This document shows, piece after piece, positions 40,070-49,064 of a DNA stretch of 64,000 nucleotides (positions are counted from its first letter, which is position 1; every line of letters begins with the position of its first letter). The DNA is from Infirmifilum sp. (GTDB lineage Archaea; Thermoproteota; Thermoprotei; Thermofilales; Thermofilaceae). The stretch covers positions 192,001 through 256,000 of the forward strand of contig JBEULP010000117.1 in the NCBI GenBank assembly GCA_041287245.1. Direction: 5' to 3'. Under the pieces are notes generated by a model, which worked only from the letters and a program-made list of their open reading frames with translations, did not search any database and had not been told where the DNA came from. The position numbers and the translations under genes are program-made.

Positions 40070-40435
40070 ATGAGGGTATTGAATGCCAAAGACTACCAAG
40101 AGAGGTGGATAATAGTCTTCTCTGACTCTAACAAATGGCGGGCAGGGATATATATCCCCGAGAACAATTCTCTTGAGGAGATCATAATTCTCGAACGACA
40201 TAATAGACCAGAGCTTTTCACACTTCTCGAGGGCGAAATGATACTAGTGGTATCGGAGGATGGTGTGATGATTGATGAGGTTCCAATGAGGCAAGGGCAA
40301 ATCTACATAGTTGAGGAGTGGCATAACGCCTATATACCTAGAGGGAAAACCGGGAAAGCCCTCGTAATAGAGGCAGACGACATCGAGACCGAATATATGT
40401 TTATTAAACCGGCAGTTCGCTGTCGGGACCAGTGA
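40070..40435 (+). CDS. Cupin-like protein
   Basis: LERH...ELF.LLEG..., WHN, LVIE motifs. Confidence 0.65.
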   Translation: MRVLNAKDYQERWIIVFSDSNKWRAGIYIPENNSLEEIIILERHNRPELFTLLEGEMILVVSEDGVMIDEVPMRQGQIYIVEEWHNAYIPRGKTGKALVIEADDIETEYMFIKPAVRCRDQ

Positions 40436-40463
40436 AGTTTAAAAAACGGGGCATGTTAAAAGG

Positions 40464-40523
40464 AAGTGATGATGAGTGAACTCCCCGTCTAGAGTGGATG
40501 AGGAGGTTTCTGGTCGCTGAACA
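40464..40523 (+). ncRNA. C/D box methylation-guide sRNA #2
   Basis: C ATGATGA 40469-75; guide GTGAACTCCCCGTC; variant D' TAGA 40490-93; C' TGGATGA 40495-501; guide GGAGGTTTCTGGTCG; D CTGA 40517-20; TTTAAAA at about 40438. Confidence 0.78.
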
Positions 40524-40583
40524 GATATTTTTACTAGGGTTGCCCCCCTACCCTAACAATCTCGGAGAGATAGTTTCTGGGGC

Positions 40584-40723
40584 TATTATATACCTTCAAG
40601 GTACCCAGATGTTTACGATGAAGGTGCGCCTCTGGACTACTATACGGAAAAAGATTCTAATTCATGCATATTGTGTGCACAAAAATAATAGAGTGGGTGA
40701 AAAACAATATCCCAAAAATTTGA
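40584..40723 (+). pseudogene. HEPN-domain protein C-terminal remnant
   Basis: YYIPSRYPDVYDEGAPLDYYTEKD..C..CAQK, frameshift in A-run 40681-85, then IIEWVKNN; N-terminus absent. Confidence 0.75.
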
Positions 40724-41093
40724 TGATTTAATCGAAAGATACAAGTTTTTTAAAACAAAAGTTATAATACTATTCGGATCCCGCGCGCGCGGAGACTATA
40801 CTGACAGAAGCGACTATGACATCCTAGTAGTGGCTGATGATCTTCCGCCCGATCCGCGGGAAGCCTACGTAAAGTTAGTGGTACCGGAACATCCAGAAGT
40901 TCATCCGGTGGGTATGAATACTGAGGTCTTTGTTAGAAAGCTTGCTCAGGGAAGCACTTTCCTACTCGAGATTCTTGATGAAGGAAAGATACTGTATGCT
41001 GATAACGCTTTTCTAGAGGATATAAGAAAAATCTGCGAGAAAGTTAGAAGCAGGTATGTTAGAAGAGATAAAACATGGGTTAGGATAAGCTAG
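40693..41093 (+). pseudogene. Minimal nucleotidyltransferase (MNT), frameshifted
   Basis: ILFGSRARGDY...SDYDILVV in the frame of the 40830 ORF; likely GTG start at 40693 is one base out of frame. Confidence 0.78.
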
Positions 41094-41161
41094 GGTAGAC
41101 ATGGCGGATAGGATGAGAATCGAATGTCTCAATTTCTGAAAGCTCAGATGCACTAAACAAT

Positions 41162-41920
41162 TTAAGCGCTTATAAGCTCATACACGCGGTCCTCAAGCTT
41201 TTGGAACTCAGGTGACCTTCTATCACGCGGCCTCGGAAGGTTTACTTCAATGATCCCGGCAATCTTAGCTGGTCTAGCTGTGAGAACCATTAACCTGTCA
41301 GCCATCATTATAGCCTCGTCGACGCTATGTGTGACCATTATAATCGTTCTGACAGAGGTTACACCCCACAACCATAGATCGATAACTTCAGAGCGCAGAG
41401 ATTCAGCCGTAAGGGGGTCTAGCGCCGAGAAAGGTTCATCCATCAAGAGAATAACTGGTTCTATTGCAAGGGCGCGTGCAATATTGACTCTCTGCCTCAT
41501 ACCCCCACTTAATTCACGAGGATAAAACTCCTCAAACGACTGTAATCCTACAAGCGAAAGGTATTTTCTCGCCTTTTCTTTAGCCTCGTCCCAGCCCAGG
41601 CCGTTAACACGTAGAGGAAGCGCTACGTTTTCGAGGACAGTCATCCAGGGGAGCAGAGTCGGGAATTGAAATATAAAACCAATCTTTGAGTCTTTCCTGT
41701 GTAAAACTATTTCACCAGAATCAGGCTTTTCCAGTCCAGCTATGATTCTCAGGAGAGTTGTCTTACCACAGCCGGATGGGCCCAGTATTGCGACAAATTC
41801 TTCATTAATGTCTACGGTTATGCCGTCAAGCACTTTCAGGGTCTTGGAATCCTCGGTGAATGACTTCGTAATATTCCTCAGGGAAAGAATGACGTTTTTC
41901 GTCCTCTCCATGCTCATCAT
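41162..41920 (-). CDS. ABC transporter ATP-binding protein (NitT/TauT type)
   Basis: GPSGCGKT, LLPW.TV, LSGGMRQR, MDEPFSALD. Confidence 0.93.
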   Translation of the reverse strand: MMSMERTKNVILSLRNITKSFTEDSKTLKVLDGITVDINEEFVAILGPSGCGKTTLLRIIAGLEKPDSGEIVLHRKDSKIGFIFQFPTLLPWMTVLENVALPLRVNGLGWDEAKEKARKYLSLVGLQSFEEFYPRELSGGMRQRVNIARALAIEPVILLMDEPFSALDPLTAESLRSEVIDLWLWGVTSVRTIIMVTHSVDEAIMMADRLMVLTARPAKIAGIIEVNLPRPRDRRSPEFQKLEDRVYELISA

Positions 41921-43446
41921 TCTTCACCTCCATATTTACCTTCAAGGTAGTTGAATACTCTTGACCAAAATGTCTTGTTAATCAAAACTATTACGAGTGA
42001 TAGAGCGACTGCAGATAACACAAGCCCCGTAGCATCACCATTGATGGTCAATTTGTTCAGTAGAGCGCCTACCCCTCCTAGGTCTATAACTTTATTTTCA
42101 ATGCTAACATATTCCGCCACGACGCTTGCGTTCCACGCGCCACCCCAGGCACTAAGTGCCCCTGTAGCCACAGAGGGAAGTAGCGAGGGAATAAAAACGT
42201 AGCGGAAAAAGCTAAAACCGCGGATTCTGTAGACTGAGGACAGCTCTTCAAATTCCCTCTTGATGCTCGCTAAACCGTATACTAAAACGTTGAAATAAAG
42301 ATACCAGAAGGAACCCTGTAGAAAGACAATTGCGCTCACCAAATATGGTCCAAAGGAGTATTTCAAAGCTATTGTAGAGAGAAGTGGCCACCATACGATA
42401 GCGGGTAAAGAGGCTAAAGCTTCTCCAATGATAGACATGGATTTACCTATAATAAGGGATTTATAGGAAAAATAGGCTATAAAAAGGGAAAGCGTAAAGG
42501 AGAACATGACGATTGAGGCTATTCTAGCGAGTGTTAAAGGTATTTCTTGAAAAACAGGTATGGTTTTCGCCATGATTTCAGGTATGTTTAGGGTGACAGC
42601 AGCCTCTCCCAGCTGAATTAATACTAGAGCAACGAGTATGCCTAGAATAGCCTTCACTAGAATCGAGAGAAAGCCTCTCATAGGGGATATTTTCTTTTCA
42701 ACGGTTAGACAAACTCCGGTTAACGCTCGCCAAATAACAGCAACCAACTCATGAACCTTCTCATAGAAACTCACCACTCCGGGTAGTGGCAGTCCAAGCG
42801 TTGTTGCTGCTGCCGGATTCCACAAGGTCATATACGTCAGGATTATGAGGGTTAGTAGGGTAGCTACTCCTAGAGAGAATCCAAACATGTCTCCAGAGTT
42901 GAAATGTTCGATTGTAAAGCTTCCAAGACCAACTAACTTGTACGCTGCATTTCCTAGAGAGACAACCTCAGCTGAGGTTAGGAAAAACCATCCTCCAGCC
43001 CAGGACACAAGGCTGTTTGCTATAAGTGATCTGCGAGAAGCGGGGGTGTATATAAAGAAGAAGCGGGCGGCGTGTCCAAAGCCATAAACTCTCGCTAAAT
43101 CTTCATAGGCAGGATCAAGGGATTTTACGGATGAATAAACCCCAAATATCATGTTCCAGACAAGGCTCGTGATTATTAAGAATATGGAGGCGAGCTCCAA
43201 GCCTATTCTTTCAGGCAAATAAGTGACAAATAAAAGTAAGGCTGCTGGGAAGAAGCCGAGTATCGGGATAGACTGAAGTATATCCAAGACTGGAAGGAGA
43301 ATACTTTCGATAATCTTGTTTCTAGCCATGGCGCTTCCTAAGATTAGGGATAGAATAACCGAGAGGATGTAAGCCGTGGCCATTCTGTATAAGCTGGCTG
43401 AAGATGCAAGGAGTAATTCGGTATAGAGCGACACGCCACCCACCAT
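41917..43446 (-). CDS. ABC transporter permease with duplicated TM domains (NitT/TauT type)
   Basis: DILQSIPILGF, SWAGGWFFL..AE, AWGGAWNASVVAE. Confidence 0.9.
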   Translation of the reverse strand: MVGGVSLYTELLLASSASLYRMATAYILSVILSLILGSAMARNKIIESILLPVLDILQSIPILGFFPAALLLFVTYLPERIGLELASIFLIITSLVWNMIFGVYSSVKSLDPAYEDLARVYGFGHAARFFFIYTPASRRSLIANSLVSWAGGWFFLTSAEVVSLGNAAYKLVGLGSFTIEHFNSGDMFGFSLGVATLLTLIILTYMTLWNPAAATTLGLPLPGVVSFYEKVHELVAVIWRALTGVCLTVEKKISPMRGFLSILVKAILGILVALVLIQLGEAAVTLNIPEIMAKTIPVFQEIPLTLARIASIVMFSFTLSLFIAYFSYKSLIIGKSMSIIGEALASLPAIVWWPLLSTIALKYSFGPYLVSAIVFLQGSFWYLYFNVLVYGLASIKREFEELSSVYRIRGFSFFRYVFIPSLLPSVATGALSAWGGAWNASVVAEYVSIENKVIDLGGVGALLNKLTINGDATGLVLSAVALSLVIVLINKTFWSRVFNYLEGKYGGEE

Positions 43447-43526
43447 TTTACATTATGGATATACGAAATAGAAAAGTTAAAAAATGTAGCTCGCAGTGAA
43501 TTATTAATAGAGGGTGAAAATAGTAA

Positions 43527-44021
43527 GTGTCCGAGGATTCAAGTAAAAGTAAGTTTCATAAAATCTTGCTCCCTGTCGACGTAACCCCCGATCACGTCCT
43601 CGGGCTTGTCGAGGTTCTTCACAGCTTAGGGGGTAGCGTCGACTCCATGTACGTGGGCGATGCTGTGAACGAGAACATAAAAGTCCTGCCTAAAGCTATC
43701 GATGTTGCCGAGGCGCTGGGACTTATTAAAGCTGAACAAGGGAATCTCACGCTTACGGAAATAGGCAAGAAAATAGCTTCCAGTGACCCTAAAAGCTTAA
43801 AGTATATCTTGAAAACCGCTATTAGAAAACTGGATCCCTTAATAGAATTAGTAGACGTATTGACGAAGCAAAAGAAAATGTCAGTGGAAAAATTTGAGGA
43901 AATCATAGCCAAGTACTATCCCGGGAGAGTTGAAGAAGCGATGAAAAATATTCTCATCTGGGGCGCCTTCCTTAATATATTTAAAATGGATGAGGATGAC
44001 GAGGAAATTCATTTAATATAG
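43527..44021 (+). CDS. Stand-alone AAA-associated C-terminal domain protein
   Basis: LP.DV...V.GL.E.L...GG..D...LP..D.AEALG..G.L.LT..G..WG pattern. Confidence 0.75.
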   Translation: MSEDSSKSKFHKILLPVDVTPDHVLGLVEVLHSLGGSVDSMYVGDAVNENIKVLPKAIDVAEALGLIKAEQGNLTLTEIGKKIASSDPKSLKYILKTAIRKLDPLIELVDVLTKQKKMSVEKFEEIIAKYYPGRVEEAMKNILIWGAFLNIFKMDEDDEEIHLI

Positions 44022-44037
44022 AACTTTTAATATGAAC

Positions 44038-44092
44038 ATGAGGATGAGATTCGCTAGGGCCGATCGATGAGGCTTACGGCGGAGGCTGAATC
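44038..44092 (+). ncRNA. C/D box methylation-guide sRNA #3
   Basis: C AGGATGA 44041-47; guide GATTCGCTAGGG; D' CCGA 44060-63; C' TCGATGA 44064-70; guide GGCTTACGGCGGAGG; D CTGA 44086-89; fills the gap between convergent genes; TTTAATA at 44012. Confidence 0.82.
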
Positions 44093-44588
44093 AGAACAAT
44101 GTTTTCTGTTTCGTCCCCCTCTTCTCAATATTCTCTGGAAAACTATCACGCACCGGAAGATAGACTTTCTCATAAAAATCCTTTTGTGAGAGAAGAGTAC
44201 CGCGGTCGAAGCTGGAAACATAGTCTACAGCTATTCTCCAGATCTCTTCAAAATTCATATAGTCTGATAGCTTCCTAGAGACTTCCCGGTAGAAATCCTC
44301 TGGCCTCTGCTCTTCTCCTCCAATGGTAAACCACCCATTGGGACTTATATAAGCAGCCTCGTCTCCAACCTGAACAATGTTACGGGTAGGAGTCTCCTGA
44401 GCGGGGCTTTTCTCGGCCCTCCCTCTAGAAGCAGCTACGGGCACACCCCTCTTCTTTGCCCATGCGTAGAAAATAGCTCTGTTCAACCCAAAGGAAAAAG
44501 CTTTCTCCTTGTCGCCAGTAAGAACATAGTACCTCGCGGCTTGCAGAAGAGCCATAACTTCGAACCTTCCAATCTTAGAACGCCTCAC
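44091..44588 (-). CDS. Conserved hypothetical protein
   Basis: GRF.VMA.LQAAR..S.GLNRAIFYAWAK motif. Confidence 0.7.
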   Translation of the reverse strand: MRRSKIGRFEVMALLQAARYYVLTGDKEKAFSFGLNRAIFYAWAKKRGVPVAASRGRAEKSPAQETPTRNIVQVGDEAAYISPNGWFTIGGEEQRPEDFYREVSRKLSDYMNFEEIWRIAVDYVSSFDRGTLLSQKDFYEKVYLPVRDSFPENIEKRGTKQKTLF

Positions 44589-45291
44589 GAGGATTAAGAG
44601 GCTTTTTTAAAGATAAATCTAACTTGTCGTAAGAGATAACAGCTGTTTCCTCGTGAGTCAGAAAACTTCTTAGTTCTTCAAGGAGGATGGGTATACCTAT
44701 GCTTGCGTCACGGCTTGCGTCGAAGAACAAAAGCTTTTCTCTCTCTTTGTAGAATTCAACGACAGGACTTATTGTCTTCATATACTCCTCGTATCTATGC
44801 CTAACTATTTCCTCAGAGTCGTCCTCTCTTCGAACCAGTTGCGTCCCACATACATCACAATACCCCCTCCTGGCAGGGGGCTTCCATCTTTCATGGTAAA
44901 CCTTTCCGCAAACAGGGCAATACAGCCTCCCCGAGACTCTCTCGACAACAACTTCTAGAGGCGCGTGGAGTAAAACCGCAACATCTAAAGGGTAGCGCTC
45001 CTCTAAAGTAAGAGCCTGGGAAATCGTCCTCGGATACCCATCCAGAATAAATCCCTGCTTGCAGTCCGGCTGGGCGAGACGCTCAAATAAAATCTTGTTT
45101 ACAATATCATCAGGGACTAGGAGTCCTCTGGAAACATACAGCGAAATCTCGCAGCCTAAAGAGGTACCAGCTTTAACTTCACGCCGTAAGAGTTCACCGG
45201 TTGAGATGTGAGGAATGTGGAGTTGCATCGCCAGGTTAGAAGCATACGTTCCTTTTCCCACACCCGGCGGACCTAAAAGGGAAAGTCTGAT
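44575..45291 (-). CDS. adk: Adenylate kinase (bacterial-type, Zn-lid); apparent ATC start
   Basis: LLGPPGVGKGT P-loop, HISTG, LVPD, GFILDGYPR, CPVC/CDVC, REDD; the first GTG (45261) lies inside the P-loop. Confidence 0.85.
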   Translation of the reverse strand: MRLSLLGPPGVGKGTYASNLAMQLHIPHISTGELLRREVKAGTSLGCEISLYVSRGLLVPDDIVNKILFERLAQPDCKQGFILDGYPRTISQALTLEERYPLDVAVLLHAPLEVVVERVSGRLYCPVCGKVYHERWKPPARRGYCDVCGTQLVRREDDSEEIVRHRYEEYMKTISPVVEFYKEREKLLFFDASRDASIGIPILLEELRSFLTHEETAVISYDKLDLSLKKPLNPREAF

Positions 45292-45396
45292 GGTTCTCCC
45301 GGAAATTGATTAACAATGGCTATTAATAAACTTTTCCTAACCCATGACGGAATCTATTCAAATCAAGCTTAAATAGCTGGAGTTTCAACATAACCT

Positions 45397-46800
45397 GTGC
45401 CGGAAGCGCTGGAGGAGAAAAACATCCTCTATTTTATGACTATACCTATACCGGTACACATAAAAAATCTTATTGCCTCTGGGGATTTCGAGAAAGCCTC
45501 GAAAGAGATAGATAGCCTATTAAGCAAGGCTAGCAAACCTGAGAGGATAAGATTTTTGTTTGAAAAGGATAGAATCATGCGTTTTGAGAGAGAGTTTCCC
45601 CTCAGCCCCGAGGAGTCTTTCACTCTTGCCTCTCAAGAGATCGAGTCCTTATCTCAATCTGAGTTCCAACGGCTGATCGAGAGGGGGTGTGTTGACCACA
45701 TAACCCATAAAAATGGGATCAGGGTTTTTAGGCGTTTCATTCCAAACATGTTTTGGCTTTGTCCCGAGCTTAAAACGAGAAAGATTAGGGGAGAAAGCGA
45801 GCTGGGGGCTATAGAGAAAGAAGCCCTCTATTGGAGGGCTTCAAGGATACAAGAAGCATCTAGGGATTCCACCTCACCCTACCTCTTACCTTTAAAGTAT
45901 ACAATAAGGTTCACCCTAAGGATCCTGGAGCGGGAGAAATACCCTGGTAAGCTGCGCGTGTGGATACCTATTCCCCGAGAAGACGGGATAAACAGGGCTT
46001 TTAAAGTTCTCGAGTCTAAACCACCTTTTAAGCACATAGCCCCGCCCGAGCATCCTCAGAGGACAATATATTTCGAGCTCACCGAGGAAGATGCTATTTC
46101 ACTCCTATATGAGTTCGTCTCCTACGGCTACCACGCGAAGGTCGATCCTGACTCCGCTAGGGTCACTGAGGAAAGCGAAATCCTTGAAGAATACACTGCT
46201 GAAAAACCACCCCACATTGTTTTCAGCGACTACCTCGTGGGTCTCACGCGGAAGATTGTCGGGGAAGAGAAAAACCCTCTTAAAATAGCTCAAAGAATAT
46301 GGCTATGGGTAACCTCTAATGTCCGTTACACTTACGCAATGGACTATGCTTTATACGACAACATCAGCGAGTATGTGGCGAAGAACCTCCGCGGAGACTG
46401 TGGAATGCAGGCTATCCTATTTATAACGATGGCGAGAATAGCCGGAATACCGGCGAGATGGCAGTCGGGGTGGTATCTCAACCCTGTTAGACCTGGTATG
46501 CACGACTGGGCCCAGATACACGTCGAGCCCTACGGATGGCTATACGTAGACCCTAGCTTTGGGAACAAAGCAAAGGGTGATGACTGGCGAAACACATTTT
46601 ACTTCGGCTCGATTGAGGGTTATAGGCTTGCTGCGAACATCGACATTTCTCGGCAGTTCGACCCTCCAAAGGTATTTTTCAGGTCTGATCCTGTCGACAA
46701 CCAGCAAGGAGAGGTTGAGTCAGATGAAGGAAACTTGTACTACGGCAACTGGGAAAGTAAACTTGAAGTGATAGAGGTTGAAAAACTGAAGAAAAATTAG
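45397..46800 (+). CDS. Transglutaminase-like domain protein
   Basis: GDCG, R.AGIPARW, HDWA, GWLYVDP catalytic triad. Confidence 0.88.
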   Translation: MPEALEEKNILYFMTIPIPVHIKNLIASGDFEKASKEIDSLLSKASKPERIRFLFEKDRIMRFEREFPLSPEESFTLASQEIESLSQSEFQRLIERGCVDHITHKNGIRVFRRFIPNMFWLCPELKTRKIRGESELGAIEKEALYWRASRIQEASRDSTSPYLLPLKYTIRFTLRILEREKYPGKLRVWIPIPREDGINRAFKVLESKPPFKHIAPPEHPQRTIYFELTEEDAISLLYEFVSYGYHAKVDPDSARVTEESEILEEYTAEKPPHIVFSDYLVGLTRKIVGEEKNPLKIAQRIWLWVTSNVRYTYAMDYALYDNISEYVAKNLRGDCGMQAILFITMARIAGIPARWQSGWYLNPVRPGMHDWAQIHVEPYGWLYVDPSFGNKAKGDDWRNTFYFGSIEGYRLAANIDISRQFDPPKVFFRSDPVDNQQGEVESDEGNLYYGNWESKLEVIEVEKLKKN

Positions 46801-48074
46801 ATTCTATCCTTAGGGTACGACTTGTAGATAATTAACCAGCAGAGCAAAGCCAGGAGCCATAGTGAGACCGTAATGGAAGCTGACAAGGTCATCGAAGAAA
46901 TTATCTCGCCTTTTACGGCAACGGTTCTTAAAAGCCACGGATAGAATATTGGTCCTAGCGTCCAGCCGAGGTTGTTCAGAATACTGTAGATAGCGAATAC
47001 AGTACCCCTATGCTCAGGCACGACCACCTCGCTTAGAATTGTGTTAATGTTTGGATATGCGAAGGTGGTAAACATCATTCCCAACGTGGCTAGGAGAGCT
47101 GGCAACACTAGGCTTGAAAAGTCTGCTGCACCATAGGGGTATGGATATAGGATCATTGCAAGCATTGAGATATATCCTATTGTAACTCCGACAAGCGAGA
47201 CCTTTGTCCTTCCACTGATGTCTCCCCTCTTAACCATCCTATCACTTATAGTGCCTCCAATAATGTGTCCCAGAGCTATGGAAAGTGTAGCTAAGGCAAT
47301 GATAAGAGAGGCTGTTCCACGAGGAATCCCCCACTTCGTTTGTATGTAGTCTATTGACCAAACGCTGAGCATTCCCCATGGAATGGTCCAGGGGACTATC
47401 ATTAAGAGCATGACAAGGATGGTTTTCTTCCGTAGGCTTGGAATCGCGTCTCGGAATCTATAGGTCTTAATCTCTTTTTTAGCCTCTGAATAGCCAATGG
47501 TTATACCCTTGGAGGAAATGTATAACATCAAGGTCGTTATAAGTACAAGTAAGCCTGAAATCACGTATGCAACGCGCCAGGGTAGGAGTACCCCTGCGAC
47601 AATGATACCGAGGATCATTGCTAAAACACTTGAAACATAGTATAAGGCATAGCCTTTCCCTCTTCTCTCCGGAGGAACAGCGTCTGAAATAAAAGCATAA
47701 ATTGCTGGGCCAACTCCGACGTAGCCGACACCAAAAAGGACGAAATATGTTAAAAGCTGTTGATAAGTAGAAGCCGTTGGAATTATAATAAGGCTAACGC
47801 CCATCACTAGCCCGAGTAAAAGCAGTATAGGTCTGCGTCCAAGTTTATCGGCGAGGATTCCCCAGAAGAAGGATAGAACTAGCCCCACGCCTTGTAGAGA
47901 CGTAGCTATAAGCCCGCCGTAAAATCTCCATTCAGCTTCGGTCGTACCGGGGATCAGATTCTCCTGGTGTAATGTCTGCATTATCGGGTTAAGCATGTAG
48001 TAGCCCATGAAATAGGATAGTACCAATATGGCAAGAGACCCTAGTACTATATTCTGTTTTGCTCCTCCCTCCAT
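46797..48074 (-). CDS. MFS transporter
   Basis: GILADKLGRR, D..PPERRG, GG.ISDR; 12 TM helices. Confidence 0.92.
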   Translation of the reverse strand: MEGGAKQNIVLGSLAILVLSYFMGYYMLNPIMQTLHQENLIPGTTEAEWRFYGGLIATSLQGVGLVLSFFWGILADKLGRRPILLLLGLVMGVSLIIIPTASTYQQLLTYFVLFGVGYVGVGPAIYAFISDAVPPERRGKGYALYYVSSVLAMILGIIVAGVLLPWRVAYVISGLLVLITTLMLYISSKGITIGYSEAKKEIKTYRFRDAIPSLRKKTILVMLLMIVPWTIPWGMLSVWSIDYIQTKWGIPRGTASLIIALATLSIALGHIIGGTISDRMVKRGDISGRTKVSLVGVTIGYISMLAMILYPYPYGAADFSSLVLPALLATLGMMFTTFAYPNINTILSEVVVPEHRGTVFAIYSILNNLGWTLGPIFYPWLLRTVAVKGEIISSMTLSASITVSLWLLALLCWLIIYKSYPKDRI

Positions 48075-48971
48075 TTACAACCACCTGTTTAAGAAACTTA
48101 CAATTCTCTCCTCGTATTCCTTAGGATAATCTGATATTGCAGATACGTGCGCCGATGAAGTCAGCCATAGTTCAGCCTTTTCATTTCCCTTGCGTAACTC
48201 ATCGTAGAACCTTTTTATTTCCTCGGGGGCTACGAGGTCATCTCGAGCACCAGCTATGATAAGTATCGGGATCTTTATCTTTCCGGCAAAATCGTACATT
48301 ACTAGCTTCTCGGGTCTTATACCTGCCTGCTTAGATGTAAAGTAAATGATGAGAGGGTAGGAGAGCCTGAGGAGAACACCCATAACTCCTTTAACCCTTG
48401 ACGTCCAGCGTCTGCCCGAGCTTCTAATATCGATATATGGGCTGTCTGCTACAGCGGCTTTCACTCTAGGGTCTATTGATGAGACTATTAAGGTTATAGC
48501 CCCACCCATTGAGTAGCCTATTATTCCCACCTTAGATGCGAGGTTCCTTTCCTCAAGCCAGTCTATTATGCTTCTGACATCCTCGCTCTCGCGATACCCT
48601 AGGGTGGTAAATTCCCCACTTGACTCCCCGTGGGCACGCATATCAAACACAGCTACGTTAAAACCATTCCTGGCTAGGATGTCGATCACGGGTTTCATGT
48701 ACCCCTCGTCCCACTTGCTAGAGGTGTACCCGTGTACGACGATCACAGTCTTATCAGTCCGTCCTTTGATTAACCAGCCGCGCAGAATCACTCCATCTTG
48801 TGTTCTGATCTCGTAGTTTTCATATTCATAACCTAGGTCTTTTGGAGTCCAAGTTCCCTTTTTTCGCGGAGGTTTTAGCATCTTGCCGGAAGCTATATAG
48901 GCGATTGCTATAATAAGGAGAAGGAATGATAGTAACAGCACGCCTAGTAGGATTAATATTTGTGTTATCAC
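48075..48971 (-). CDS. Membrane-anchored alpha/beta hydrolase
   Basis: VHGY, D.RAHGES, GYSMGG, D..V, H. Confidence 0.9.
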   Translation of the reverse strand: MITQILILLGVLLLSFLLLIIAIAYIASGKMLKPPRKKGTWTPKDLGYEYENYEIRTQDGVILRGWLIKGRTDKTVIVVHGYTSSKWDEGYMKPVIDILARNGFNVAVFDMRAHGESSGEFTTLGYRESEDVRSIIDWLEERNLASKVGIIGYSMGGAITLIVSSIDPRVKAAVADSPYIDIRSSGRRWTSRVKGVMGVLLRLSYPLIIYFTSKQAGIRPEKLVMYDFAGKIKIPILIIAGARDDLVAPEEIKRFYDELRKGNEKAELWLTSSAHVSAISDYPKEYEERIVSFLNRWL

Positions 48972-49064
48972 AAATGTTTATAAAGGAAACATTGTAATTT
49001 ATAGTTTTTGCTAGCCATAAGAAAAGTATATTTAAAAGCGGATCTGTTATTTACAGCAGAGTCA

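Noticed and set aside
40498..40731. 77-aa ORF in the track
   Set aside because: Overlaps sRNA #2 and is the wrong frame of the HEPN remnant
41082..41148. Partial C/D-like motif (AGGATGA...CTGA)
   Set aside because: Only one good box pair; spacers too long and upstream C box degenerate
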